Shown in pieces: positions 1 to 9,613 of a stretch of DNA of 64,000 nt. The stretch is taken from NCBI GenBank assembly GCA_040755995.1, contig JBFMAF010000024.1, forward strand, positions 96,001-160,000, given 5' to 3'. The DNA is from Acidobacteriota bacterium. Its GTDB lineage: Bacteria; Acidobacteriota; CAIWXX01. Numbering within the stretch: position 1 is the stretch's first letter; each line of letters opens with the position of its first letter. Below the pieces are notes generated by a model. That model saw only the letters and a list, made by a program, of their open reading frames with translations, had not been told where the DNA came from and made no database searches. The translations under genes and the position numbers were made by a program.

Positions 1-816
1 CGGCCGGCGCTCGGCGATGGGCGCCACGTGCTATTCCTCGCGATGACCAAGGACGGCGTTGCAATCGACAACCTCCGGGCGGCCGAGCTGCGACTGAAGG
101 TTGACGGCGCGTATGTCCCGGTGGAGTCGGTGACGCCTTCTCGTCCCGACAAAGTCACGGTCCTGCTGGATTCGAGCCAATCGATGGGACAGTTGAGGGA
201 GGAGCTCGTCACTGCCCTTGACAGGTTCGCGAAGGTGCTGCCGCAGGGCACAGCGCTCCAGGTGCTGACCTTCGGCGACGACATCCGGCAGCTCGATCTG
301 AAGCCTGATATCGCGGAGGCCGTCAAGGGCTGGCCGTTCCAGGGCGGTTCGATTCTGTACGATGCGCTGGCCGCCGGCGTGCGCATCGTCTCTCCCGGCG
401 GCAAGGATGCGATCGTCCTCATCACCGACGGGTCGGATACCGGAAGCGAGGTTGTGAAATCGCTGGCGATAGAGAAGTTGCGGGGAGCAAACGTGCCCTG
501 CTACACGATCGGGCTCGTCATGCAGAAGACCAATTCACGAGCCGATACGAACACGATCGACCAGGGGTTTTTGAAAGATGTGGCCGAAGTCAGCGGCGGC
601 GAGTTCTTCCTGAAGGATCCGAACAAGAAGGACAAGAACCCGGACCTGGCAGTCCTCCTGGAGAAGATCGCCGGCCGGCTCGCGGCAATGCAGAGTCTTC
701 GCGCCGGCGGCTCCGCCATTCCCCCGGGATGGCACGACATCGACCTCGACACCTCTCGCCCGAACGCCAGGCTCAACTACAAGGACTGGATATACGTTCC
801 GGCCGAGGCCAGGTAG
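1..816 (+). CDS. VWA (von Willebrand factor A) domain protein, 5' end outside window
   Basis: MIDAS-type motifs DSSQS, ILYDA, ITDG; frame is open back to base 1. Confidence 0.85.
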   Translation, partial: RPALGDGRHVLFLAMTKDGVAIDNLRAAELRLKVDGAYVPVESVTPSRPDKVTVLLDSSQSMGQLREELVTALDRFAKVLPQGTALQVLTFGDDIRQLDLKPDIAEAVKGWPFQGGSILYDALAAGVRIVSPGGKDAIVLITDGSDTGSEVVKSLAIEKLRGANVPCYTIGLVMQKTNSRADTNTIDQGFLKDVAEVSGGEFFLKDPNKKDKNPDLAVLLEKIAGRLAAMQSLRAGGSAIPPGWHDIDLDTSRPNARLNYKDWIYVPAEAR

Positions 817-820
817 GAGC

Positions 821-3604
821 TCATCGCACCTTGGCTACAACCAGCGTCTGATCGTCGTACTGGGGAGCCTCACCGGCGAACCGCTCCACCTCGCCGAGAA
901 TGCGATCGCGGATCTCGACCGGCGAGCCCTGCGCATGCATCGCTATCAGCCCCGCAAGCCGCTCCTCTCCGAACTCATCCCCCGCCGCGTCCATGGCCTC
1001 CGCGATCCCATCCGTGAAGACGACGAGCACGTCGCCGGGCAGCAGCTGCACAGTCTCCTGCTGGTAGCCGGCGTCGGGGAAAAGCCCCACAACCATGCCG
1101 CCGGTGCCGAGCCGGATGAACTGGAACCCTGTCGCCGGCTGCAGCTCGTGCTGCGCATCGCCGCCGGCACGACCCACCGCCCGGAATAGCATCGGCGGGT
1201 TGTGCCCGGCGTTCACATAGGTCAGAGTCCGGCGGACGTCGTCGTAGAGGCCGTAGAAGAACGTGGCGTACTTGCTGCCGTCGGTTGACCCGTACATCAG
1301 GCGATTGACGATAGCGATGAGTGTGTCGACCGAGTCGCCGCGAAGCGGCGCGTGGCTCCGCAGCAGCGCCTGCAGGGTAGCCATGAGGAGCGACGCGGAT
1401 ATGCCCTTGCCGGAGATGTCGCCGAGCGCGAGTCCCAGCCTGTCATGGCCGAGAGGAATGAAGTCGTAGTAGTCGCCGCCGACACCACGAGCCGCGCGAC
1501 AGATGCCCGTGTAGTCGAGCGTATTCATCGGAGGCATCGACTGAGGGAACAGGTGCGCCTGCACCTCCTTGGCGATCTCGACCTCTCGCTTCAGCTTCTC
1601 CTGCTCGGCCACCTGGCGGATGAGCTGCGAGTAGTCGAGCGCGATTGCGACTTGCTGTCCGACGGTCAGAAGCAGGTCCTTGTCCTCGCGGGTGTACGGC
1701 TCTTCCGAGAGCTTCTCGCCAAGGCTTATGAAGCCGAGCACCCGGTCGCTTGTGGACAAGGGCACTATCAGGCGGGTGTTGAGCCGTTCGAGGAGCTGGC
1801 GCTCCTGGTAGCGTGCGTCGAGAGTGGAGTCGTATCGGACGAGCGCGTGGGCCCAGGACTTCGGGTCGTCGAGATAGACGTCGACCGCGTCGGGCTCAGT
1901 CGATGCTGATTTCTCGAGATAGCGTGCGACGAACGAATCGCCGCGGAAAAACTCGGTCTCCTGCACCGCGATCGCCTCCTGCTCAACGGCCTCCTCTGCC
2001 GACCTGCGACGGTGCCAGCGGCAGGCGTAGCCGTCGCACGCCCGGGCACCGCGGGCAACGAGGGATTCGATGAATCGGTCAGCCCCGGCCGATCCGGCCG
2101 GCTGGGACGGGCCCCGCAGGAAGATCGCGACCCGGTCCGGGTGGAGTGAGTCTCCGACCTGGTCGGCCACGGTCTGCAGCAGCTCCTGCGGCTGCGCCGC
2201 GAGGCGTCTTACGGCCCGTCCGAGATCGGTCAGGATCTGCTGGGAGTTGTAAGCGTCGCGGAAGAACCGGCGATCGATCTTCGGGGTGACACGTCTGTTT
2301 ACCTCGCGCAGGCCGGTGATGAGGGCCAGGGTGAGGGCGACTGTGCTCAGCGCCACGGTGCCTCGGCCTGCGTCTGGGAGCAGCTTCAGGAGCACCGGAC
2401 CGAGACCGAGGAAGACGAGGAGGAACAACAGCGCCGCTTCGACTACGAGGAAGCCGCGCGAGACGAGCGCATACTGGAGCCCGCGGCGCAAGATGACACG
2501 GATACCGAAGACCCGATGCTTCACCACGACGTAGGCGAACGAGAGGGGGAAGAAAGCCAGGCACATGACGACGATCGCGAGCAACCAGTGCGCCATATCC
2601 CGCACACCGACCAGGGCGTCGTAGATGACCAGCGCCGTGACCGGCAGCACGGCGATCGCGGTGCCGGCGAGCAGTATGCGCATTTTCCGCTTGTCGTCCT
2701 TGGTCTGAGCCCCGAGGGTATTCAGCACCAGCGACGCGACGCCGACGAGGAGCATGACCCCGGCCGGGATGACGAAGAAAAGTTTGAAAGGGATGAGTGC
2801 GTCTTGCATGCGTTGCAGCGTGGCGAACGATGTGCTGGCGGCATAGACAGCGAAAACAGTGGGTCCCTGCGCGGCGATCATGAACCAGAGGAACACCGTC
2901 TTGATCCACGGCATCTTTCTGTCCAGCCATGAAGGGGACGGAAAGAGCAGGAAAAAACGCATGAAGAGGTAGAGGATGGCGGAGTTGAGGACGGCGTGCA
3001 AGGCTTCTGCAATCTCCCGCCACCCCGACGGGAACAATCCGTAGTCGACTCCGACGAGCGTCGAGAAACTGAGAAACAGCAAGCTTGCGAGGAAAGCGTT
3101 GTCGTCGTTCGGGCGCGTGAAGCCGATGAAGCAGGCGGTGAGAATGGTGACAAGCGGAAGCACGACCGCGACGCCTACCGGAAGCAGGAGATGGCGGCCC
3201 GCCTTCAGTCGCGGCACGGGAGGCATCTCGACGCGCGACTCCTGCCAGCGGCCTTTCTCGGCCTCTCGGGAGATCAGCAGCGCCCATTGGTTCTCGTAGT
3301 GCACGGCCTTCATCGCATCGCCGTAGTCGGACAAAGAGAGAAGCCTATGCTCTTGCCCCAGTCCATCGTAGACGGCCAGGATTCGATCGCCCGCCTTCAA
3401 GCCGGCACGCCAGGCGGGTGTCTGTCCGGCCAATAGCGTCTTCTCCCTCACCGAATCGATCGTCAGGAATCCGTCGCGGACGGCGGTGCGGTAGCCCTCG
3501 GCACCTGAGATGCTGGGGCCGAGAAAGGTCTGGTAGTTTGTGACAATTCGGGACAGCAGCATCGCACTCGCGATCAAGACCAATATCCAGAAGCGTATCT
3601 TCAT
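821..3604 (-). CDS. Membrane sensor PP2C/SpoIIE (RsbU-like) phosphatase with PDZ-like, multi-TM and GAF regions
   Basis: PAWRAGLKAGDRI (PDZ-like), many TM helices, GAF, then GGDYYD, GDISGKG, NAGH, FTDG, DDQT; start set at MKIRFW. Confidence 0.9.
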   Translation of the reverse strand: MKIRFWILVLIASAMLLSRIVTNYQTFLGPSISGAEGYRTAVRDGFLTIDSVREKTLLAGQTPAWRAGLKAGDRILAVYDGLGQEHRLLSLSDYGDAMKAVHYENQWALLISREAEKGRWQESRVEMPPVPRLKAGRHLLLPVGVAVVLPLVTILTACFIGFTRPNDDNAFLASLLFLSFSTLVGVDYGLFPSGWREIAEALHAVLNSAILYLFMRFFLLFPSPSWLDRKMPWIKTVFLWFMIAAQGPTVFAVYAASTSFATLQRMQDALIPFKLFFVIPAGVMLLVGVASLVLNTLGAQTKDDKRKMRILLAGTAIAVLPVTALVIYDALVGVRDMAHWLLAIVVMCLAFFPLSFAYVVVKHRVFGIRVILRRGLQYALVSRGFLVVEAALLFLLVFLGLGPVLLKLLPDAGRGTVALSTVALTLALITGLREVNRRVTPKIDRRFFRDAYNSQQILTDLGRAVRRLAAQPQELLQTVADQVGDSLHPDRVAIFLRGPSQPAGSAGADRFIESLVARGARACDGYACRWHRRRSAEEAVEQEAIAVQETEFFRGDSFVARYLEKSASTEPDAVDVYLDDPKSWAHALVRYDSTLDARYQERQLLERLNTRLIVPLSTSDRVLGFISLGEKLSEEPYTREDKDLLLTVGQQVAIALDYSQLIRQVAEQEKLKREVEIAKEVQAHLFPQSMPPMNTLDYTGICRAARGVGGDYYDFIPLGHDRLGLALGDISGKGISASLLMATLQALLRSHAPLRGDSVDTLIAIVNRLMYGSTDGSKYATFFYGLYDDVRRTLTYVNAGHNPPMLFRAVGRAGGDAQHELQPATGFQFIRLGTGGMVVGLFPDAGYQQETVQLLPGDVLVVFTDGIAEAMDAAGDEFGEERLAGLIAMHAQGSPVEIRDRILGEVERFAGEAPQYDDQTLVVAKVR

Positions 3605-3918
3605 CTGCCTCGATCCTCGCGCGCTATTATGCACGTGGTGCCGGGACGCCGCAACAGCGGCGGTTCCGCCGTGATCCGGCGGTCCTCCTCGCGCCCGCGG
3701 GCGTAGACTATACAGCGCGTCATAAGTCCACGACAGATTTCAACACTTCGGAGCAGCGTATGACGCGCTGTATAGGTGCTCGACGCGGCGCGCGGCAATT
3801 GACCCGAGGCCCGCACAGGGCATCGACAAGGGTGCTGGCGGCACGCAGAGCGCGCGCTGCAGACCCGGTCCCGTGACTCCACGCGAGGCGGAGCGCGCCA
3901 CCTGGAACAGGACCGGAC

Positions 3919-4752
3919 CTATTTCGGGCCGCCCTGCGCCTTCTCCTGCGACTCGTTCCGCATCCTCACCATCTGCGCATACTCCCCGTCCCTCGGGCAC
4001 ACCTCGTCCAGCGTCTCCGACAGCCTCAGCGCGTCCGCCGCGCACTGCCAGTTGCCCAGATAGTAGTGGGCCATGCCGATGTGGTAGTAGGGCAGATAGT
4101 CCAGGTACCACATTCCGTATGTGCGATTCAGGCGTCCGGGCTGCGTCTTCCGGTCCGAAGCGATCAGCAGCGCGTCCAATGCCTGCTGCCAGTCGTTCTT
4201 CTTTGCAAGCTCCATCCCGAGCTCGTAATGGTAGTACCACGGATAGACGCTCGTGTCGCTCACACGGACCAGCCCGCATCGCTGCCGCACCATGTCCTTC
4301 AGGCGATCGACCTCCACCGTGCTCAGCACGCCCGGTTTCCGGGCGGGCGTCGTCGCCGGCCTCGCCGCCGCCTGCGCGTCGGCAAGAAGCATCTTGTATC
4401 TGAGCAGGACGCCCTTGCCTACATCCGATTTCAAGACCACCGCCTTCTCCTCGGACTTCTGCAGGTACGCACGAGCCTCGGTGGCATTTCCAAGATGATA
4501 ATAAGCGATTCCCAGATTCAGGTAGGGGAGATAGTCGACGTACCGGAAATTCCCGAGATTCACCTGGAGCACCGGCGTGGGATTCAACCGGATCGCCTGT
4601 TTCAAGAGATCCACGGCGGTCGTGTAGTCGTGTTGTTCGAGCGCGATGAGGGCGCGATCATAGAGGTCGGCCCAGGTCTCCTGCAGGGACCGCGCAGGGG
4701 AGGATGTGGCCAGGAGCAACGAGATCAGGAGTGTGACGCGTATGAGCCTCAT
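3919..4752 (-). CDS. Secreted TPR-repeat protein
   Basis: AAGGAGG RBS before MRLIRV, signal peptide, two similar TPR units (YLPYLNLGIAYYHLGN / YLPYYHIGMAHYYLGN). Confidence 0.8.
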   Translation of the reverse strand: MRLIRVTLLISLLLATSSPARSLQETWADLYDRALIALEQHDYTTAVDLLKQAIRLNPTPVLQVNLGNFRYVDYLPYLNLGIAYYHLGNATEARAYLQKSEEKAVVLKSDVGKGVLLRYKMLLADAQAAARPATTPARKPGVLSTVEVDRLKDMVRQRCGLVRVSDTSVYPWYYHYELGMELAKKNDWQQALDALLIASDRKTQPGRLNRTYGMWYLDYLPYYHIGMAHYYLGNWQCAADALRLSETLDEVCPRDGEYAQMVRMRNESQEKAQGGPK

Positions 4753-4895
4753 GATTCCCTCCTTGTTGTCTCCCACAAAGCTAGTGCACTTTGGCGGGCG
4801 GCGCAAGGTACGTTTGCCACAGGAGTGATAAGGGTCACAGAATGCCGGCGTGCTGAGCTCGAAGACGGCTCGACAATCAGCGCCCTTGTCCGTCG

Positions 4896-4927
4896 CCGTA
4901 CCCGGTTCCGATCGGGCCGGGGTACGG
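4896..4927. repeat. GTACCC/GGGTAC hexamer-based intergenic hairpin
   Basis: CCGTACCC...GGGTACGG inverted repeat; related to 15403-15500 and 55642-55697. Confidence 0.55.
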
Positions 4928-4975
4928 GGAGCGGCCTGCGGCGTGCGTGCAACCGAGAAATGGGCCTGTGGGGCT

Positions 4976-4992
4976 GAGGCCCCGCCTCGCTA
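4976..4992. repeat. Copy of GAGGCCGCGCCTCGCTA intergenic motif
   Basis: GAGGCCCCGCCTCGCTA, 16/17 match to consensus; its CTA is the TAG stop of the channel gene. Confidence 0.65.
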
Positions 4993-6075
4993 CGGTGTCG
5001 AAGATCCGACCCACTTGGATGCTGTGTCGCCACAGACGGTGACGTAGGGCTCGAATGTTTCGAGCTGCTTGTTGGTGCCGAGCACGATCAGAACGTCGCC
5101 GCCTTCGAGCTTGAGGTTCGCTTCCGGGTTTGGGAAAAGGGACTCGGCCCGGCGCACTGCGACGACACCGACGCCGCACTTCCGCCTCAGGTCGAGCTCG
5201 GCCAGGGTGCGTCCCGCGAGAGGGCTGGTGGGGAGAAGGAGCGCCTCTTCCAGGCGCAGCTCCTCGCCCGGCGGCCCGAGCGAAAAGTCGAGGAAGTCGA
5301 CGACTGTCGGCTTGACCAGCAGGTGGGCAAGGCGCGAGCCGCCGAGCTGATAGAGGTTCACGGCGCGGTTGGCCCCGGCCCTCAAGATCCGCGCCTCCGC
5401 CCCCTCCTCGCTCGCGCGGGCCACAATGAACAAGTTCGGGTTGAGCGATCGCGCCGTGAGGACGGTGTAGACGTTGTGCGCATCATCGTCCAGACACGCC
5501 ACGAGCCCGTGGGCGCGTTCTACTCCGGCGGATCTCAGCACGGCTTCGGAGGTCGCGTCGCCGGCCACCACAGGCACACCCATCTCTGTGAGGCGCCTCA
5601 CCTTCTCCGGGTCGTGCTCGACGACGACAACGGACGCCCGGCGCCTCAGCCGCAGCTCGTCGACCACCGCCTCGCCCATTCTCCCCCAGCCGCAGACGAT
5701 CTCATGTTTCGACATACGCTCAATCATGCGCGACCTCCTCGCATGCCCGAACAACTCGATCAGCTCCCCTTCCAGTACAGTACGCGCAATGTCGGTGGCC
5801 ACCAACAGGATCATTCCGAGACCTGCCAGCAGCAGGAGCACCGTGAAGGCCTGTCCGGCCTGCGACAGTGGAAACACCTCTCGGTATCCGACCGTCGTCA
5901 GCGTTATGGCCGTCATGTAGAAAGAATCCCAGTACGTCGCACCCTCGATCAGATGGTATCCCAGCGTGCCAAATGCCAGGACGGCGGCAATGACGAGCGC
6001 CGAGCGGACGAGCCGAGTCCAGAGCTGCACGCCTGAGCCGGCGATCACGTGGGACCGAACGGAACGCGATTCCAT
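4990..6075 (-). CDS. 2-TM potassium channel family protein with TrkA-N/TrkA-C (RCK) domains
   Basis: Pore motif TLTTVGYRE, Rossmann IVCGWGRMG, GDAT, C-terminal TrkA-C. Confidence 0.9.
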   Translation of the reverse strand: MESRSVRSHVIAGSGVQLWTRLVRSALVIAAVLAFGTLGYHLIEGATYWDSFYMTAITLTTVGYREVFPLSQAGQAFTVLLLLAGLGMILLVATDIARTVLEGELIELFGHARRSRMIERMSKHEIVCGWGRMGEAVVDELRLRRRASVVVVEHDPEKVRRLTEMGVPVVAGDATSEAVLRSAGVERAHGLVACLDDDAHNVYTVLTARSLNPNLFIVARASEEGAEARILRAGANRAVNLYQLGGSRLAHLLVKPTVVDFLDFSLGPPGEELRLEEALLLPTSPLAGRTLAELDLRRKCGVGVVAVRRAESLFPNPEANLKLEGGDVLIVLGTNKQLETFEPYVTVCGDTASKWVGSSTP

Positions 6076-6185
6076 CGGCTAGTGCACCTGTCCGCCGCCA
6101 TCGCCTGCGGGCGCCCGCCCACGTATCGCGCGGGCGCCGGCTCTCATCCTCGGCAGGCGCGGTCGAATGCCCATCGTCTGGTTCG

Positions 6186-7523
6186 TCACAGATGGTCCAC
6201 CACGGTGACCACGTCTACCAATCCGGTGCAACCGTACAGCACCGGGAGAATCTTCTCGGGGGCGTGCATCCTCCTCAACCGCACGACGGTCTCCGTGCCG
6301 GCCTGGTAGGCTGGAAGGTACATTCGTCCCAGCAGCGGATGCCGGCCCCAAGCGCCGGAAAGCTTGTCAGCGCGCTCGGCCGAGACGAGGAAGTCCCGCC
6401 GCAGTATCTTCTCCACCTCGTCCTTCGACCTGCCCTCGCCCCAAGCGAGCCACGATGACTGGTTCTTCGCCTGGTCCTGCAGAAGTGCCAGCAGCATCCC
6501 CAGCCGCAACTCGGGATCGTCCAGCTCGTCCACCGAGAACACTCCGTGTGCCATCAGCAGCGCATTGTTGGCGATACCCTCGGCGAGCGCCGCGAAGCGC
6601 GAGTTCATGGTCAGCACCGTGCCCTCGAACCCCACCTGGCCCAATGTGTAGAGCCGCTGGAGGAACGCGAAGGTCGTGACATGCCCGGGGACGACCTCGT
6701 GAGTGACCAGCCCCTTGAACTCAGGCATCGAGATCTCAAGCGCCGCGTTGATCTCGTAGGTGGCCTCGTACTGGGGCGCCCCGTCTGCACTGCGCGCGCG
6801 ACCTATGTAGTTCATCGATCCCGAGAACCACGCGTCATCGATCGGGAGGAAGCTGATGTTGGCCATCGGGACGCCGCGCAGCGCAGCTGGAAGATGAGGG
6901 AGAACGTTTCGTCGCGTGAGCGCCTCGTACTCGGCGATCACCGCCGCGGACTTGCCGGCCACCTCCCGCCCGGACACCATGCGATCACGCCGCCAGGCGT
7001 CCACCGCCTCGTTCAGGTCGCCCTCGACGCTCCGAAGGTGCCCGGCCCCCGCCAGGATCTCTTTCACTCGCTCGCGATCGGGGGATGGGTCGGATGGCTG
7101 CGGATCGCGCCCCGTCGACGCCCTGACGGCGCGCGTATACGGCACGCGGGCTCCGTCACCGATCAGCTCCAGCACCAGATCGTACATGACGCGGCACGAG
7201 TCGATCATGCTCAGCAGGAAAGCTCCGCGACTTCCACCGAGCTTGACGGCTCCGGCAGCCGCACCGGCCAGCGCATCTTCCAGCTTGATCGCGCGCGCGT
7301 ATTCGCGCACCGAGTCCCGATCGATCTCGCGAGCCGAGACACCGCCGGAGGCTCGGAGCTTTGCGGCGAGCGGGTGCGTGTAGCTCTCGGGAAGCGGCTC
7401 GCCGGAGAACCACGAATCGGCAATGAAACGTCCGGTGCCCGATGGATTCATGACGTCGCCGCCCCACAGAGTGTCGACGCCGAGAACGGCGTTGGCCAGT
7501 TCATGGTCGAGATCCGTCATCAT
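6186..7523 (-). CDS. Hypothetical protein, DUF885-like putative zinc metallopeptidase
   Basis: THEVVPGH motif plus downstream AEG; GGAGG RBS. Confidence 0.65.
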   Translation of the reverse strand: MMTDLDHELANAVLGVDTLWGGDVMNPSGTGRFIADSWFSGEPLPESYTHPLAAKLRASGGVSAREIDRDSVREYARAIKLEDALAGAAAGAVKLGGSRGAFLLSMIDSCRVMYDLVLELIGDGARVPYTRAVRASTGRDPQPSDPSPDRERVKEILAGAGHLRSVEGDLNEAVDAWRRDRMVSGREVAGKSAAVIAEYEALTRRNVLPHLPAALRGVPMANISFLPIDDAWFSGSMNYIGRARSADGAPQYEATYEINAALEISMPEFKGLVTHEVVPGHVTTFAFLQRLYTLGQVGFEGTVLTMNSRFAALAEGIANNALLMAHGVFSVDELDDPELRLGMLLALLQDQAKNQSSWLAWGEGRSKDEVEKILRRDFLVSAERADKLSGAWGRHPLLGRMYLPAYQAGTETVVRLRRMHAPEKILPVLYGCTGLVDVVTVVDHL

Positions 7524-7730
7524 GGCTGCCCACCTCCCGCCGGCCCCAGCCGGCTCTGCGAATCATGCAGGCACTCTGGGCGTTTCGTCAAGTGAGATCG
7601 GTTCTTCGGAATTCTTCCTGTGCTCGGTCGCCGCCCTCTGCTATCATCCCATCGCGGCACGGAGAGCTCGAAGCTCAGAGCCGCGTGGCCCGGGCGTGAC
7701 CGATCAGAACAAGCAAAGGAGGATTCTGGC

Positions 7731-8114
7731 GTGATCAAGAAGACCGCACCGGAAACACGCAAGTACCGATTGGACATGAATCAGAAGATACTCGACAGCG
7801 GGTTCAAGCCCTACCAGCAGTTCTGGGCCCTCGACAACAAGGCGTACCTCGAAGGTGCGATTCCGATGAAGATGAAGGAGCTCATGGGGCTGGTGGGGTC
7901 GATGGTGCTTCGCTGCAACGACTGCATCTTCTACCACCTGGACCGGTGCGTGTCAGAAGGCTGCACGGACCAGGAGCTTTACGAGGCCATGAACATAGCG
8001 CTCATCATCGGCGGCTCCATCGTCATCCCTCACCTCCGATACGCCTTCGAGATTCTGGAGCAGCTGCGAAAGCCCGAATCGAGGGAGCCTGGTGCGCCTG
8101 CGCAGTCTGCGTAG
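7731..8114 (+). CDS. Carboxymuconolactone decarboxylase / AhpD-like protein
   Basis: AAGGAGG RBS before GTG 7731; KELMGL...RCNDCIFYH CxxC-H motif. Confidence 0.85.
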   Translation: MIKKTAPETRKYRLDMNQKILDSGFKPYQQFWALDNKAYLEGAIPMKMKELMGLVGSMVLRCNDCIFYHLDRCVSEGCTDQELYEAMNIALIIGGSIVIPHLRYAFEILEQLRKPESREPGAPAQSA

Positions 8115-8196
8115 TCTGATCGGCCCTATCCATAAATGCGCGCGCTTCAGCCTCGCCAAAGAGGATCGCCAGAATGGCCGAGGTATCGATCACCAC
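8115..8196 (-). pseudogene. vapC: Truncated VapC (PIN domain) toxin, N-terminal ~27 codons only
   Basis: VVIDTSAILAILFGEAEARAF is a typical VapC start; similarity ends where the convergent AhpD gene stops. Confidence 0.75.
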
Positions 8197-8204
8197 CCCG
8201 GCTT

Positions 8205-8456
8205 TCAAAGCAGGCCTCTGTCGTCGTACCCCAGTATCCGGTCTGCGGGCCTCGTGTCCTGATCTGGCAACGATGCACAGTGGTTTGCGATTTCCTCCAT
8301 CACGCGGCGGTCACGGTTCACACGCCTGCCCATTCGCAGGCGGGTCAGGCGCTCTTCGAGCGACTGGATCACCGCCTCTTCCGGGCTCACGCCCGTCTCT
8401 CGCGCGATCTCGGCAGCCAGTTCAGCTGCCCGGCCGTTCAGTTCCTCGATAGGCAT
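8205..8456 (-). CDS. vapB: VapB antitoxin (Rv0623/VapB30-like)
   Basis: LAAEIARETG...AVIQSLEERL and C-terminal CASLP...ILGYDDRGL, characteristic of the family; directly upstream of the vapC fragment. Confidence 0.85.
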   Translation of the reverse strand: MPIEELNGRAAELAAEIARETGVSPEEAVIQSLEERLTRLRMGRRVNRDRRVMEEIANHCASLPDQDTRPADRILGYDDRGLL

Positions 8457-8520
8457 CGTTCCGGTCTGCTTCCGGTGTCTCTACCTATCTCACGCCACCC
8501 CGCGCCGGTCCTCAAGACGC

Positions 8521-8730
8521 CTACGCGGCGGTCGCCGGCGCGGAAGCCCTGACTAGATCGTACACCGTCAGCGCTGCTGCTCTTTCGAACCGATCTACCG
8601 TATGGAGGAGACCGCGCTTTTTCGGCTTCAGAGGAAGCTGCTCATCGCAGGCATACGTGTTTGACCCGCTGCGGCGGTCCGTAAGGCTCCTCCCGTCGAT
8701 CCTCGCTATGCCTGTGCTCGCGATGCTCAT
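8521..8730 (-). CDS. Possible small hypothetical protein (69 aa)
   Basis: Strong GAGGAGG RBS 7 nt before ATG; no recognisable domain. Confidence 0.3.
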   Translation of the reverse strand: MSIASTGIARIDGRSLTDRRSGSNTYACDEQLPLKPKKRGLLHTVDRFERAAALTVYDLVRASAPATAA

Positions 8731-8875
8731 CTCTTTGCCTCCTCACTCAGATACGCGAGATCCGCCTGAGACGGCTATCATCACCCGTTCGATCCTTTTC
8801 GACGAACCCGATGGCAGCCTGCCGGACGCCGCGAAGGGTGCTAGAATGCTGTGGAACGGAGGAGAGAGAGGATAG

Positions 8876-9493
8876 GTGCTGCTGACCATAGACCCTGAGC
8901 AACCCGAGCCCTGGCTGATTGCCCGCGTGGTGCAGACTCTGAAGCGTTCCGGCATAGTCGTCGTTCCCACCGATACCGTGTATGCCTTGGCTTGCGCGTT
9001 CGAGGGTGAGGACGGCATCGAACGCCTCTACGAGGTGAAGCAGATTCCGCCTGCGAAACGCCTTTCGCTAATGGTGCCCGACATCGCAACCGCCAGCCGC
9101 TTCATCAGGGGCATACCTACCCCGGTATATCGCACCATGCGGAGGGTGCTGCCCGGGCCATTCACATTCATCTTCGAAGCAAGCAGGGATGTGCCCCGCG
9201 TCATGCTCCGGAAGAGACGCACCGTCGGAATCCGAATACCGGACTGCCCCATCATACAGGCCGTACTGGAGGCTCTCGGCGTGCCTCTCATGACGACCTC
9301 TGTGACCACCGAACGCGGCACCTGGTTGCTGGATCCAATCGAAATCGAGGCGGACATCGGAGATCGAGTAGACCTCGTTGTCGACGGCGGCATCCTCGCA
9401 AATGAACCCTCGACGGTCATCGACTTGACTGGGCGACAGCCGGTCATCGTCCGCCAAGGGAAGGGCGACACATCGAGGCTGGATTTCCTCTGA
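8876..9493 (+). CDS. Sua5/YciO/YrdC family protein (threonylcarbamoyl-AMP synthase-like)
   Basis: PTDTVYAL, LPGPFT, TVGIRIP, PSTVIDL motifs. Confidence 0.92.
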   Translation: MLLTIDPEQPEPWLIARVVQTLKRSGIVVVPTDTVYALACAFEGEDGIERLYEVKQIPPAKRLSLMVPDIATASRFIRGIPTPVYRTMRRVLPGPFTFIFEASRDVPRVMLRKRRTVGIRIPDCPIIQAVLEALGVPLMTTSVTTERGTWLLDPIEIEADIGDRVDLVVDGGILANEPSTVIDLTGRQPVIVRQGKGDTSRLDFL

Positions 9494-9577
9494 GCCGGCC
9501 TGCGCCTGGGGCTCCTCGATCCGCTGCCACGGTTAGGGGGTACATGTCGATGATCGAATCGTCCCGTCTTGGATCTC

Positions 9578-9606
9578 TTGACATCGGCGCGGTTCCGGTC
9601 TATGAT
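9578..9606 (+). promoter_or_regulatory. Sigma70-type promoter of the fadR operon
   Basis: TTGACA (9578-9583), 17 bp, TATGAT (9601-9606). Confidence 0.8.
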
Positions 9607-9613
9607 CGATCTG

